Assembly: GCA_965284555.1 (NCBI GenBank)
Contig: OZ260091.1
Location: 1,656,139 to 1,720,138 of the forward strand
Origin: Fulvivirga sp.
GTDB taxonomy: Bacteria > Bacteroidota > Bacteroidia > Cytophagales > Cyclobacteriaceae
DNA length: 64,000 nucleotides
Reading direction: 5' to 3'
Part shown: piece by piece, positions 8,762 to 20,168 of the stretch
Numbering within the stretch: position 1 is the stretch's first letter
Layout of the letters: each line of letters begins with the position of its first letter
Made by a program: the position numbers and the translations under genes
Notes under the pieces: generated by a model
The model's database searches: none
What the model saw: the letters and a program-made list of their open reading frames with translations, nothing else
Told to the model about the DNA's origin: nothing

Positions 8762-9994
8762 TTAATGGAAAAACATATAACCAAAAACTATTGCTGCTAA
8801 TATTCCTACCAAATCGGCAATTAGCCCTACACTGATTGCGTAGCGTATTTTTTTAATATTCACAGATCCAAAATAAACCGCCACAATATAAAAAGTTGTT
8901 TCTGTCGCTCCTCTAAAGACACTCGCCATTTGTCCAACAAAAGAATCTGCGCCATTAGTTTTTATCGTTTCTATCATCATACCCCGCGCAGCACCACCAC
9001 TTAAAGGTTTCATAATTGCCACGGGCAACGCTTCGGCAAAATCAGAATTAAAACCCACTGAACTGATTGTCCAAGCTATGCCTTGCACCAAATAATCGAG
9101 TGCCCCCGATGCTCTAAACACACCTATGGCAACCAGAATTGCTACTAAATAGGGAATAATTTTAACAGCAATTTGAAAGCCATCTTTAGCTCCTTCTATA
9201 AAGGTATCGTAAAGATTTATGCGCCTGTAAAGCCCTAATAATAAAAAGCTAATAATTAGTGAGAAAATAATGAAATTACTTCCAACAGATGATATTACAC
9301 TTAGTTCTTCTTGTGATAAACTGGTAAAATAATATACTAAAAGAGCTATAAATAAAGTGAAACCGCCTAAATAGGCTAATATAACCTTATCTAGCAAGTT
9401 TATTCGTTGTATTATAGCGGTTACAATCAATCCAGCCACTGTAGAGCAAAAGGTAGCCAATAAAATAGGTAAAAACACATCGGTGGGGTTTGTAGCTCCC
9501 AGCACCGACCTGTCTACTAAAATGGTAAGTGGTATAATGGATAATCCCGAAGTATTGAGCACCAAAAACATGATTTGAGCATCAGAAGCGGTGTCTTTGT
9601 CCGTATTAACCTCTTGCATCTGGTTCATGGCTTTAAGACCCAACGGTGTGGCGGCATTGTCCAAGCCCAATATATTTGCTGAAAAATTCATAATAATTGC
9701 CCCTGTAGCTGGGTGGTCTTTTGGAATGCCTGGAAATAGTCGGCCAAAAAAAGGGCCTACCAGTTTTGATAATATTTTCACCATGCCTCCTTTTTCGCCT
9801 ATATTCATCAAACCCAGCCATAGTGCCATTACTCCTGTAAGGTAAATTGAAATTTCAAATCCGGTTTTTGACATTTCAAAAGTGGCATTTACCATATCAG
9901 AAAATACCTGAGTGTCTGCGAAAAAGAGCAACTTGATGCAAGCAACAGTAAATGCGATTAAAAAAAATGCTACCCAGATGTAGTTTAGTATCAT
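8762..9994 (-). CDS. SpmA/SpmB-fusion membrane protein (nucleoside-recognition/Gate domain)
   Basis: About 10 TM segments; SANILGLDNAATPLGLKAM, FLVLNTSG, KPLSGGAARG and ATETTFY motifs. Confidence 0.88.
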   Translation of the reverse strand: MILNYIWVAFFLIAFTVACIKLLFFADTQVFSDMVNATFEMSKTGFEISIYLTGVMALWLGLMNIGEKGGMVKILSKLVGPFFGRLFPGIPKDHPATGAIIMNFSANILGLDNAATPLGLKAMNQMQEVNTDKDTASDAQIMFLVLNTSGLSIIPLTILVDRSVLGATNPTDVFLPILLATFCSTVAGLIVTAIIQRINLLDKVILAYLGGFTLFIALLVYYFTSLSQEELSVISSVGSNFIIFSLIISFLLLGLYRRINLYDTFIEGAKDGFQIAVKIIPYLVAILVAIGVFRASGALDYLVQGIAWTISSVGFNSDFAEALPVAIMKPLSGGAARGMMIETIKTNGADSFVGQMASVFRGATETTFYIVAVYFGSVNIKKIRYAISVGLIADLVGILAAIVFGYMFFH

Positions 9995-10381
9995 GCTTGT
10001 ACCACTATTTTTGGTAAATAAATTTTGCTTAGCTCATTAATTAACAACCACCAACGGCTTTTATCATAAATTGAATTACTGCAATCTAAAAAAATACAAA
10101 TCTGAATTTATTAAAAAGGAAAATTGATTTTTAAGTATGACAATTTTATTTTCCGATTGTTACTATTTTATTATTACAAGTATAAATACATTGAACAAAC
10201 CTTTAAATTATTTATTTTTGTTTGTTGAAAAAAAATCTGTCAGTTTGATAATGATTTATTCAATCTCTTTTTCCCATAATGGGAATTTGAAATTGAATAG
10301 ATTTTTTTTAAATGATTAATAATCAGATATTTAAATTTTAATTTGAAGATTTGCAAGGTTGTTGTTGAGCTTACTATTACT

Positions 10382-13300
10382 ATGAAAAAACTAATCGTAC
10401 CCCTACTATTTCTTTCTATAGGCGTCTATGGACAAACAGGACCTGCGGGAGTAGGTAATTTTGACGGTTCCAATGGTCAAAAGGAAAACATTATTTGGTT
10501 AGATGCAAGTTCGCTGGCTATAGCGGATGGTAGCCCTGTCCTTAATTGGCCAGATCAAAGTGGTAATGGAAACAATCTTGTCCAGCAAGGAGCAGATGCC
10601 ACACCCTTATTTGAAACTAATGGTTTGTTTAGCGGAAATCACCCGGTAGTAAGGTTTGATGGAACCGAAAGATATCTGACCCTGGCAGATAATAATGATT
10701 TGGATAATGGTTTAACTGGAATAACCGTTATTGCCGTTGTTTACAACGCCACCCTTGATGGTGCTGCGAGAGGGATTTACTCTAAGCGTATTTCTTCTGG
10801 ATCTAATCAATCCTATTCAGCATTTACATATACTACTCAGCGTTTGAATTTTGATATTCATAATGGCTCTAATCAGCGATTAGCATCTACTGTTGGTTTA
10901 AATACAACAACTGATTACATTTTCACTAATACTTATAGAAATAGTACGCAACAGATATTTTTGCAATCATCCGCCTCAGGAAGTGCATCATTCTCTGGCA
11001 ATATCTCAAATACATCATCACCATTAATTCTTGGTGCGTTAAATGATAATTATGGAACCTATTTTGATGGCGATATAGCTGAATTAATTTTCTATAGACA
11101 AGGATTGAATGATGCCGAAAGAATAATTATAGAAAATTATTTGGCGCTAAAATACAATATTACTTTAAACAGCAATGATTTTTTTGGGGTGAGTGCTGCT
11201 TTTGACGCCTCTTTTACCAACGATTTTATGGGAATTGGTACAGCTGATGGATCTGAAAAATTCAGTGTTTCTGGATTGAGTGATGCGCTACAAATTTCCG
11301 AAGTAAATGGTACATTAAATAGTAGCAATGAATTTATAATGTTTGCTCATGACAATACAGGGCATGCAGATGGAATAACATCAAATATTGTTGTGGATCC
11401 AGGTATTTTAGACAGTAGATGGGCGCGCAGTTGGTATTTGGAATCCAATGGAAATGTTTCTGCAGAACTACGTTTTGATTTTGGAACAGCGGGATTGCCC
11501 TTTTCTGGAAATGCAAGTGATTACGTACTACTTTATCGAGCAACTACATCAGATAATTTTACTCGTGTTTTAGTGGATTCATATTCTGTTGAGAATGGAG
11601 ATCAACTCGTGGCTAATCTAGGTAATCTAAGTTTACCAACTGGATATTATACTATAGGTGAGGGTGAACAATTAACCACAAATAGTTGGTATTCATTTCA
11701 ATCTGGTGATTGGAACGACCCTTTAACTTGGACAACCATTTCTAATGGTTCTTTAAGAGAGCCGGTTGGAGGTGGTATTCCTGCCCCCGGTGATAATGTT
11801 ACCATTTTATCTGGTAGAACAGTGACAATGGATAGTGATGACAATGATGGAGTCAATTTAACAGTTAACGGAAGGTTAAACATTGGCAATACCTCGGGTC
11901 ATAACTTTTTTAACATTTTAGGAAATGGCACCATTTCTATTGCTGGAGATGTATCTAATAATAGTAATTTCCCTTCAGGATCTACTACTGTTTTCGCTGA
12001 TTCAATAGTTGGGGGTACTGTTGAAGTGATAGGAACAGGTCTAAATTTGGATCAAGATAGATTATTTAACAATGTCACCATTAATCTAGATGGTGCATCT
12101 GATGTAGCTACTCTAATTTCAAACTTTACCATTAATGGAGACTTGACCATCAATAATGGTATTTTACAAATTAATGATAATGTAACTACCACCTCGCGTA
12201 CTATAACTACCTATGGAAATGTGTTAGTAAATGCTACAGGTGAAATAAATGTAGGTAGCGCAAACGCGAGGCATCAATTTAATTTTTACGGGGATTTTGT
12301 AAATCAAGGTCGAGCAGAATTTACCAACAGAGTGGCTACAGATTATAACAATGAAGCAACCGATGGTATAGTGGATGCCAACTTTTTAAGTCCTACCAAT
12401 AGTCAAACAATCCAATGTTTAGGTATAACCAATTTTTACAGAATAGAAATTGATAAAGGTACGGATCAAACCTATATTTTAGACATAGAGGCATCCGATG
12501 CATCAAATTTCAATCTATTAGGGCCTGCTGATTACGGACATGGTTCTATTGCTCAGCTTACCACGAATGACAATGCATTGGGTTTATTACGTGGTACAGT
12601 AAGGCTTAATATCAATGTTGATATACCAGTTTTGAATAATACTGGCAACTATAATATTTCTGAAGCCGCGAGACTTTGGGTTAATGGTGGTTCGGCAGCT
12701 AAACCTACTGGTACTGCAATTGTGCCTTATGGCACTATTCAACTTTCTGGTGGAACAGTAGATGCTCCCATAAACAGCGGTATTACTACCCGGGCTAATG
12801 GTAACATTATTGTATCTGATGGAATTATGACCGTTAGGCAGATTAGGACATCTGTTAATGGCCCGACTAATATAGGAGGATATACCCAAACAGGTGGAGA
12901 GGTAAACATCACTGGGGGTTCAATCAACACTGATTATTATGCTTTTAGTTTAACCTATCCAGGCAATACATTTACTATGTCTGGAGGTACACTTACTGTA
13001 GCGGGTGCACCTAATGGATCAAATACTGGCGGGATCTTCATAGCAAGTGATATTTCCAATCAAAGCGTATCTGGTGGTACTGTTATTATGGAAATAAATA
13101 ATAATAATGATTTTAAATTATCGTCTAGAGCCCCCTTTTGGAATGTGATTATGAGAAAAACAGGAGGATCTGGTACAGAAGTGGATTTGATTACCGGTGC
13201 CTCTGGTGCAGGTGGAAATACTACCAATATCATAAACCCCGATTTGATCGTGTTAAACAATTTAACAATCGAAACAGGGGTAATCTTTGATCACAATGGT

Positions 13301-16300
13301 AATGATGTTGAGATAGGAAGTGATTTTACAATTGAAAATGGTGCGGATTATGTTTATGATAATACCAAGCGAAATACAACAACCATAAATGGAATTGATA
13401 ATGCTACACTCTCTTTCCTGAACAGAACGGGGGGAACGAATGACGAACAGCGTTTCTGGAATTTCATTGTGAATAAACCGGCAGGAAGAGTGGTTTCTTT
13501 TGCCTCTGGGAAAACCAATGTGAACGGTACGAATAATAATCTACTTAGGATTGATGGGGATGCTTTTAAAGTTTTTAGTGGTACGATAGATCAAGGATTT
13601 CACAGCATAAGGGTGTACACAGATACTTTGTTGAATTATGATGATATAACAATTTATAACCCATCCAATGCTCTTCCTGCATCAACTAGTAATGGAAATA
13701 ATGATCAAATAAAATTTAGACCAGATAGTTTTGTCCTAATAACTTCAGATACGGCAACTTTTGGAAATGTTAGGCTCAATAATGGGAATCAAATTGTAAC
13801 ACTGGTTAGTGACTTGAGCATAGGATATTTGGAGTTCTTAAATGGTAGAATGGATTTGCAAGACCATAATTTAAGAATTGGAACGCTTGAGGCCACACCA
13901 AACAATGATGCTGATAACGGAACGTGTACTAATTGTTACTCGGTTTCAGACATGTTTATTACGGCAGGTAATGCATCTGACGGAGGTATTTCCATGTATA
14001 TACCTTCCGATGGTCTTAATCCGTTTGATGGAACTAATCAATTTTTGCTTCCATTTGGAGTGGGGAATGATAGGTTTGATGCAACTGGAGCAAACTCAAA
14101 GTATACGCCTGCCATTATCACCGTGACGGCTGTAACTGATGATGGTTATATTACAATAAGGCCCGTTGATAATGAGCTTTTTACCACAGATCCTACAGGG
14201 GGTGATGTTCTTTCATATTACTGGAGGGTAGATTTCGAAGAATTTACTGTAGTGCCAGATGTTCAGTACAATTTCACTTATTATGATAATGATCTAGATG
14301 GTTCGGTCAACGAATCATTGTTTGTAGCAGGTAAAGTATTAGAAAACGACCCCTTTACAAGAAATTATGAAGATGATGGTGATGCGGAGAATGAGGGAGT
14401 TGATGATAATAATAACATCATAACTTTCAACGGACCAAATCCGGATACAGGATTTGCTTTGGAAGAGGCTAGTTATACTGCTGGGGAATCAGGGAGATTT
14501 GTCGGGGCACCACAGATTTTCTATTCAATAAATACCTCTCAAACCAATTGGACTAATACAAATGCATGGTCTTTGACACGAGATGGAGGACCAGCAGGCG
14601 ATTACCCTCAGGATGGTGATATTGCTATACTAACAAGAGATAACGGAGGAGCTGGAGATCCTACCACCTATGGAGCTGGTGTATTCTCAATTAACAACGG
14701 TACAGGATCAATCAATATTGCTAAACTAATATTTGACGACTTTGATCCTGTAAATAATAATTGGATTAGCGGCTGCCCGAGAGTTATTTTTGATTCTAAT
14801 GGAAGCTATGCTGCTTACAATTCAAATTTTGGAACAGTAGAAGTGACAGATAGACATATAGATGGTGGTAATCCGCAAACTACTCATGGTGCAGTAATGC
14901 AATATAATATTAACTCAAGTTACACTGGCATTTTTCCGGGAGGTGATTTTGGTGACTTTAATGCTGATGAAAACGCATTAGTAATTTATGCTTGGGATGG
15001 AGGAACAGGAACTGCCACGCTTTCATCAAATGCAACTGAATATCCACTATTATGGTTTCAAGGGGGTAATTCTTCAAACAGAATAATTCAATTTCCAGAT
15101 GCAGATGTAACTGTCAATGGGAGAGCCAACTTGAATGGTAATATGCTCATTCGAGTAAATAATGATGCTTCCAGAACATTGACATTTAAGAACAATGTAG
15201 AAATAGGTTCAGGCTGCTGTGGCTCAGGGTTCTTTGAGTTTGAAGGAAATTCTACTGGAGATCAAACAGTAGTAATTGAAGGAAATCTCAGTTTTAACGG
15301 CACAAATGGGGGACAAATCAGGCTTGTTAATAATAGTGCCTCTAACATTCATAATCTAACTGTTATGGGAAATATCACTGTTCCAGCTACTGGTACCATG
15401 AATTTTGGAGATGGTAGTAATTCAGTTATCGAATTAGAACTTAGAGGAGAAGGAACTAACACTTTTACAAATAGTGGATCAGTAACTTTACACAGAATTA
15501 TAATGAATAAAGGTAACTCAAAAAATAATACATTTTCCTTTGAAGATTCCTTTGTTTTAAATGGTACGTCTAATGGCTCTACCAAAGCTATAGAAATCCA
15601 AAATGGTACATTAATCTTTAATGACGCAGCTATAAATGTTGATTTAACAACTGGCGGTGAGGACTTTTCAATACCTTCAACTGGAGGTTTACAAGTAACT
15701 CAAGGTACAGCGAACGTGAGTGGAGACGATTCTGGGATATCTCTAGATGGTTGCCTGATTATCGATGGTGGAACACTTAATATGGACGATGCTGTTGGCA
15801 ATGGAAATAATTATATAGAGTATTCTGCTTCAGGAAACGCTATATTGGAAATTTCCTCCGGTACTTTGGATGTAGGCTCTCAAATTAGGCCTATAACTTC
15901 AGCTAATACGGGAATATTAAAATACAGGCAGACAGGGGGTGATGTGAGAATAGGTACTCAGGCTGGTCCTGAGAATACTAGGGGGATGCTTCAAATCTAT
16001 AATCCTGGCAGTGAGTTTACCTATACAGGTGGCACATTAACCATTGAAAGACATCAAACGTCTCCATCAATATCGGCACTTTACCTTGATCCTGATGTTT
16101 CTGATGTAACTGGTTCTAGTATTACTATTTTTAATGGTAATACCCCACTTGGACAAACAAGTTTTGGAATAAATTCCACTATATCATTAGAGAACTTGGT
16201 TATAAACGGAACTAATTCACCAACTGCAAGAATTGAAATTAATCCACTTACTATTAACAACAGCCTTACTATCAATGCAGGAGCAACTTTAAATGGTAAT

Positions 16301-19300
16301 GGAATTAACCTTATTGTAGGTGGTGATATGGATAATGATGGAACATACAATGCTCAAAATAACGAAACCATATTTAACACTACTACCAATCAAAGCTTAA
16401 CAGGTAGTGGTACAAATAACTTCTTCAGATTTACAAAAGAAGAGATTGGTACATTAAATCTGACTAATGCTATATCGGTCGGTGATTTATTCACTATTTC
16501 CGATGGCGTTGTAGATGACAATGGATTTAGTATAAATCTGGCTGCTGATGCAGTAATTGATGGTACGCACTTGAGCGTTGGAGGTAATGGCCTTGTATTT
16601 AACGGAGCTTCAAATCAAGAATTAAGAAGAAGTGCGGCTGGTACAGGACAAATTGGTGTCATTACTGTCGATAACAGCAATGGTGTGACCATTCCGGATG
16701 GAAACGGCTACAATTTTGATATTAGTGGTGGTTTGAGACTTGACGGTGGGGTTTTCAACGTTGGGGGCGCTTTTATATTATTCGGCAGTAATGCTTCAAT
16801 TACTCCCGTAGTGCCGTTTTCGGTTAACAATATGATTCAAACTAATAGTTCTTTTGTGGATAGCGGTATTGGAAAGCAATTTTTGGCTGGATTCAATCAG
16901 GATTTTGTATTCCCAGTAGGTCAAGCATTTTATACACCCGTTACCTTTGACTTTGGTACACCAGGAAATACATTTGGTGCTACAACGGGTATATTAACAA
17001 TAAGGCCATCAAATGAATACCACCCAACAATTAACGATGGTAATGAACTCACAAGTCCAAATGATATAAACAATGTTTTGCAATATTATTGGACGGTAGA
17101 GGCTAGCGGTATTACAGGTATGATTACAGATATGACACTAGTATATGATCAATCTGATGCTTTAAGTTTAGATGCTGGATTTGATGAATCTGATTATATT
17201 GCTGCTAGAATCTTGACTTTCAATAACCCAACAAGCGAAATAAATAAGTTTACAGATGCAAGTGCTGTTGATGAAAGTACAAACACCATTATATTTAACT
17301 TCCCTGGGGTGGGAGATAACTCAATATCTGGTGATTACTTTGCGGGTATTGATGATGCTATTCCAAACAATGTGGCCACTTATATTGCAGCCAATGGAGG
17401 TGGAAATGTAAATCTTTCATCATCTTATGATGTATCCACGCCTTTACCAACTGATGGTGTGCCCCCTTCAGGTGCTGTAATAGTTATTCCAAGCGGCAAT
17501 ACAATAGTTTTGAATCAAGATGATATTAGATTGTATAGAACTATTATTGAAGATGGCGGTACGCTTGAAATAAGCAATACAACCAATCATAGGCTGGGGA
17601 TACTGGAAGGTACAGGTACAATGAGAATTGTTAGTGATGGAATAAATGCTAATTTACCAGCGTTTTCAGGAACATTCTTAAGTTGTACTGGTGGAGGATT
17701 GGAGTATGCGGGAACAGGGAGTTATTCAATCCTAGGAGGAATATCAACCCTTAGGAATTTGACCTTAAGTGGATCGGGAGAAAGAGTCTTGCCAAATAAC
17801 AGCGTAACCATTTGTGAAGATTTAACTATTGATGGTCCAAATCTTTCAAACATTAATAATTCAGCCATAACAGTAGAGGGGGCAACTATTATAGAATCTG
17901 GATTATTTAATGCAGGTGTAGCAAATCATAGATTTGAGGGCGATTTTACAATAAATGGAGGTGTTTTTGATAACCAAACTGGAGGGTCTAATAGATTTTT
18001 TGGAGACGTTAGTATTCTAGGAGGTTCATTTGTAACGGGTTCTGGTGGAAATAATTTCTTCTTTTCAGATATTACGTTAAATTCAGGCAATTTTGATGCT
18101 GGATTAGGAGGAAATACGGTAAGATTTGTAGGCTCTTCAGCACAAACAATCTCCGGTGATTTTACTGGTGCTAATAGTTTTAGTAGGGTGAGAATTGAAA
18201 ATAATCTCAATAAAATAAATGGAGATATTGAATTTTCCGTTTTTATTGATTTAAGATATACTGGAATTGTAACCTTAAATAATAATGAGGCGATAATTAG
18301 CCCAGCTTGTATCTTAAACCCTGCAATTGGTGGCTCAAGTTCATCATATTTTAATGGCAGAGTATTGCGACAAATTGCTGTGGGTAACTCATTTACCTTC
18401 CCAACTGGGAGTGCCCTTCTCTGGAGACCAATTTCAGTTAATAATGTATCCGCAGGTGGGTTGACATGGGAAGCTCAGTATTTTCAAGCACCTGCAACTA
18501 ATGAAGCAGTGGTTGATAATTTTGACTTAACAAATCCAGCGCAAATAGCTACCATCAGTAATGGTGAATACTGGAAAATATCTGACGGAAATGTAGCACC
18601 ATCCGGTACAACAGCCACAATTGGCTTAAGCTGGGGTTTAGAGAGTGATGTATCTGATCAAACCGCTGAACGAGAAGAACTTCAGGTTATGATTTGGAAT
18701 GACGGATTATCATCATGGGATAATTTAGGAGGTTCTAATTTTAGTAGCGGTCATACGCAATCTGCAGGAAGTTTTAGAGCCTTAACTGCCAACTCATTTA
18801 GTGAACAAATATTTACTCTTGGCTCTGGAGATTTTGCCAACGCATTGCCAGTAACTTTACTTGAATTTAAGGGCCATTATGTGGAAAATGACATTGTTCT
18901 TAATTGGGTAACAGCTACTGAAATCAATAATGATTATTTTGAAGTCCAGCGATCTGCAGATGGAATCAATTACCAAACAATTGGTGTAGTACAAGGAAGT
19001 GGTACAAGTTTAGAAAGGCGCAGTTACGAATTTATAGATAGAAGACCTTTTATAGGTAAAAACTATTATCAATTACTGCAGTATGATTTAGATGGTAAGG
19101 TTAATACTTTAGAAGAGAAGGTATTTATAAATGTTCCTGCTGAGGGTTTAGATTTGTCGGTTATCGTATTTCCTAACCCAACTGACGCTAAGAATATCAA
19201 TCTACGAATTAACTCTAACTCAAACGAGCTCATAAAGATTTCGATAATTGATTTCTATGGAATAAGGGTATTCGAACAAACCTATAGGAATGATGATATA

Positions 19301-19411
19301 TTAGGCGATTTGAGATTAGAATTCACAAATAATTTACCACAAGGAATTTATATAATTCAAATTGAGCAAAACAGTGAAAAGGTATTGAAACGAGTGATTA
19401 TAAGCGAATAA
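10382..19411 (+). CDS. Giant (~3,000 aa) T9SS-secreted surface protein: LamG-like N-domain, three repeated G8-like/beta-helix modules, Ig-like module and T9SS type A CTD
   Basis: ATG 10382 gives the signal peptide MKKLIVPLLFLSIGVYGQ (track start is TTG 10343). IWLDAS..WPDQSGNGN and FDGDIAELI are LamG-like motifs. LPVTLLEF..LNWVTATEINNDYFEVQRS module; C-terminal VFPNPT..LPQGIYIIQI..KRVII. Confidence 0.9.
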   Translation: MKKLIVPLLFLSIGVYGQTGPAGVGNFDGSNGQKENIIWLDASSLAIADGSPVLNWPDQSGNGNNLVQQGADATPLFETNGLFSGNHPVVRFDGTERYLTLADNNDLDNGLTGITVIAVVYNATLDGAARGIYSKRISSGSNQSYSAFTYTTQRLNFDIHNGSNQRLASTVGLNTTTDYIFTNTYRNSTQQIFLQSSASGSASFSGNISNTSSPLILGALNDNYGTYFDGDIAELIFYRQGLNDAERIIIENYLALKYNITLNSNDFFGVSAAFDASFTNDFMGIGTADGSEKFSVSGLSDALQISEVNGTLNSSNEFIMFAHDNTGHADGITSNIVVDPGILDSRWARSWYLESNGNVSAELRFDFGTAGLPFSGNASDYVLLYRATTSDNFTRVLVDSYSVENGDQLVANLGNLSLPTGYYTIGEGEQLTTNSWYSFQSGDWNDPLTWTTISNGSLREPVGGGIPAPGDNVTILSGRTVTMDSDDNDGVNLTVNGRLNIGNTSGHNFFNILGNGTISIAGDVSNNSNFPSGSTTVFADSIVGGTVEVIGTGLNLDQDRLFNNVTINLDGASDVATLISNFTINGDLTINNGILQINDNVTTTSRTITTYGNVLVNATGEINVGSANARHQFNFYGDFVNQGRAEFTNRVATDYNNEATDGIVDANFLSPTNSQTIQCLGITNFYRIEIDKGTDQTYILDIEASDASNFNLLGPADYGHGSIAQLTTNDNALGLLRGTVRLNINVDIPVLNNTGNYNISEAARLWVNGGSAAKPTGTAIVPYGTIQLSGGTVDAPINSGITTRANGNIIVSDGIMTVRQIRTSVNGPTNIGGYTQTGGEVNITGGSINTDYYAFSLTYPGNTFTMSGGTLTVAGAPNGSNTGGIFIASDISNQSVSGGTVIMEINNNNDFKLSSRAPFWNVIMRKTGGSGTEVDLITGASGAGGNTTNIINPDLIVLNNLTIETGVIFDHNGNDVEIGSDFTIENGADYVYDNTKRNTTTINGIDNATLSFLNRTGGTNDEQRFWNFIVNKPAGRVVSFASGKTNVNGTNNNLLRIDGDAFKVFSGTIDQGFHSIRVYTDTLLNYDDITIYNPSNALPASTSNGNNDQIKFRPDSFVLITSDTATFGNVRLNNGNQIVTLVSDLSIGYLEFLNGRMDLQDHNLRIGTLEATPNNDADNGTCTNCYSVSDMFITAGNASDGGISMYIPSDGLNPFDGTNQFLLPFGVGNDRFDATGANSKYTPAIITVTAVTDDGYITIRPVDNELFTTDPTGGDVLSYYWRVDFEEFTVVPDVQYNFTYYDNDLDGSVNESLFVAGKVLENDPFTRNYEDDGDAENEGVDDNNNIITFNGPNPDTGFALEEASYTAGESGRFVGAPQIFYSINTSQTNWTNTNAWSLTRDGGPAGDYPQDGDIAILTRDNGGAGDPTTYGAGVFSINNGTGSINIAKLIFDDFDPVNNNWISGCPRVIFDSNGSYAAYNSNFGTVEVTDRHIDGGNPQTTHGAVMQYNINSSYTGIFPGGDFGDFNADENALVIYAWDGGTGTATLSSNATEYPLLWFQGGNSSNRIIQFPDADVTVNGRANLNGNMLIRVNNDASRTLTFKNNVEIGSGCCGSGFFEFEGNSTGDQTVVIEGNLSFNGTNGGQIRLVNNSASNIHNLTVMGNITVPATGTMNFGDGSNSVIELELRGEGTNTFTNSGSVTLHRIIMNKGNSKNNTFSFEDSFVLNGTSNGSTKAIEIQNGTLIFNDAAINVDLTTGGEDFSIPSTGGLQVTQGTANVSGDDSGISLDGCLIIDGGTLNMDDAVGNGNNYIEYSASGNAILEISSGTLDVGSQIRPITSANTGILKYRQTGGDVRIGTQAGPENTRGMLQIYNPGSEFTYTGGTLTIERHQTSPSISALYLDPDVSDVTGSSITIFNGNTPLGQTSFGINSTISLENLVINGTNSPTARIEINPLTINNSLTINAGATLNGNGINLIVGGDMDNDGTYNAQNNETIFNTTTNQSLTGSGTNNFFRFTKEEIGTLNLTNAISVGDLFTISDGVVDDNGFSINLAADAVIDGTHLSVGGNGLVFNGASNQELRRSAAGTGQIGVITVDNSNGVTIPDGNGYNFDISGGLRLDGGVFNVGGAFILFGSNASITPVVPFSVNNMIQTNSSFVDSGIGKQFLAGFNQDFVFPVGQAFYTPVTFDFGTPGNTFGATTGILTIRPSNEYHPTINDGNELTSPNDINNVLQYYWTVEASGITGMITDMTLVYDQSDALSLDAGFDESDYIAARILTFNNPTSEINKFTDASAVDESTNTIIFNFPGVGDNSISGDYFAGIDDAIPNNVATYIAANGGGNVNLSSSYDVSTPLPTDGVPPSGAVIVIPSGNTIVLNQDDIRLYRTIIEDGGTLEISNTTNHRLGILEGTGTMRIVSDGINANLPAFSGTFLSCTGGGLEYAGTGSYSILGGISTLRNLTLSGSGERVLPNNSVTICEDLTIDGPNLSNINNSAITVEGATIIESGLFNAGVANHRFEGDFTINGGVFDNQTGGSNRFFGDVSILGGSFVTGSGGNNFFFSDITLNSGNFDAGLGGNTVRFVGSSAQTISGDFTGANSFSRVRIENNLNKINGDIEFSVFIDLRYTGIVTLNNNEAIISPACILNPAIGGSSSSYFNGRVLRQIAVGNSFTFPTGSALLWRPISVNNVSAGGLTWEAQYFQAPATNEAVVDNFDLTNPAQIATISNGEYWKISDGNVAPSGTTATIGLSWGLESDVSDQTAEREELQVMIWNDGLSSWDNLGGSNFSSGHTQSAGSFRALTANSFSEQIFTLGSGDFANALPVTLLEFKGHYVENDIVLNWVTATEINNDYFEVQRSADGINYQTIGVVQGSGTSLERRSYEFIDRRPFIGKNYYQLLQYDLDGKVNTLEEKVFINVPAEGLDLSVIVFPNPTDAKNINLRINSNSNELIKISIIDFYGIRVFEQTYRNDDILGDLRLEFTNNLPQGIYIIQIEQNSEKVLKRVIISE

Positions 19412-19428
19412 TAATGAGATAAATGGCT

Positions 19429-19466
19429 ATTGAGGCTCTAATTTTAAGAAAAATTAGAGCCTCAAT
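19429..19466. terminator. Bidirectional terminator, perfect 17-bp stem
   Basis: attgaggctctaatttt (19429-19445) / aaaattagagcctcaat (19450-19466) between convergent genes. Confidence 0.8.
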
Positions 19467-19469
19467 TTT

Positions 19470-20168
19470 TTAACCATTAATTAAATTTAAAATATGGCAA
19501 GCTACCATACCTGCAGTTTCTGTTCTAAGACGACTACGTCCCAGACTAACCTTTTTAAAATTTTGAGTTAAAGCCATATCAAGTTCTTTTGAGGTGAAGT
19601 CTCCTTCAGGGCCTATTAAAACCAGATACTTACTTTTTAAGCCAGCCGCGTGTTTGAGGTGAAGGGGGTTAGAAGAATCAACAAAGGCGATAAATTTTTC
19701 TTCATTACGTTTTTCAGAAATAAACGAATTAAAATCTTTCAATACATTTATTTTTGGAATTCGGTATTTTAACGATTGTTTCATGGCACTGATGGCCTTT
19801 TTTTCAATACGCTCAATTTTTAATTGGGGCCTTTCAGAGTTTTTACATTTAATAAATGAGAGCTCATCAATACCAATCTCTACGGCTTTCTCTACAAACC
19901 ATTCTATACGATCAAGGTTTTTGGTGGGGGCAATGGCAATGTGAATATGATAATCATTATCAGGTTCAAAGAAGGTTTTCTCAACCTTTACAACACATTT
20001 CTCGATAACCCCTTCAATAAGCTTACACTCAAAAAGATGCCCATTTCCATCAATCACATTGATCTTATCGCCAACCTTTTTGCGCAGTACTTTAAGTGCG
20101 TGGCGAGCTTCTTCTTCGTTTAATATGAAGCTTTCGTTTTTAGCCGATGGTTCGTAAAAAAGCTGCAC
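19470..20168 (-). CDS. rsmE: 16S rRNA (uracil-1498-N3)-methyltransferase
   Basis: EARHALKVLR, EKAVEIGI, LIGPEGDFT and SLGRSRLRTETA SPOUT motifs. Confidence 0.93.
   Translation of the reverse strand: MQLFYEPSAKNESFILNEEEARHALKVLRKKVGDKINVIDGNGHLFECKLIEGVIEKCVVKVEKTFFEPDNDYHIHIAIAPTKNLDRIEWFVEKAVEIGIDELSFIKCKNSERPQLKIERIEKKAISAMKQSLKYRIPKINVLKDFNSFISEKRNEEKFIAFVDSSNPLHLKHAAGLKSKYLVLIGPEGDFTSKELDMALTQNFKKVSLGRSRLRTETAGMVACHILNLING

Noticed and set aside
10312-10326. atgat-taata-atcag upstream of the giant T9SS gene as a regulon box
   Set aside because: The spacer is 5 nt rather than 4, in very AT-rich DNA; not counted
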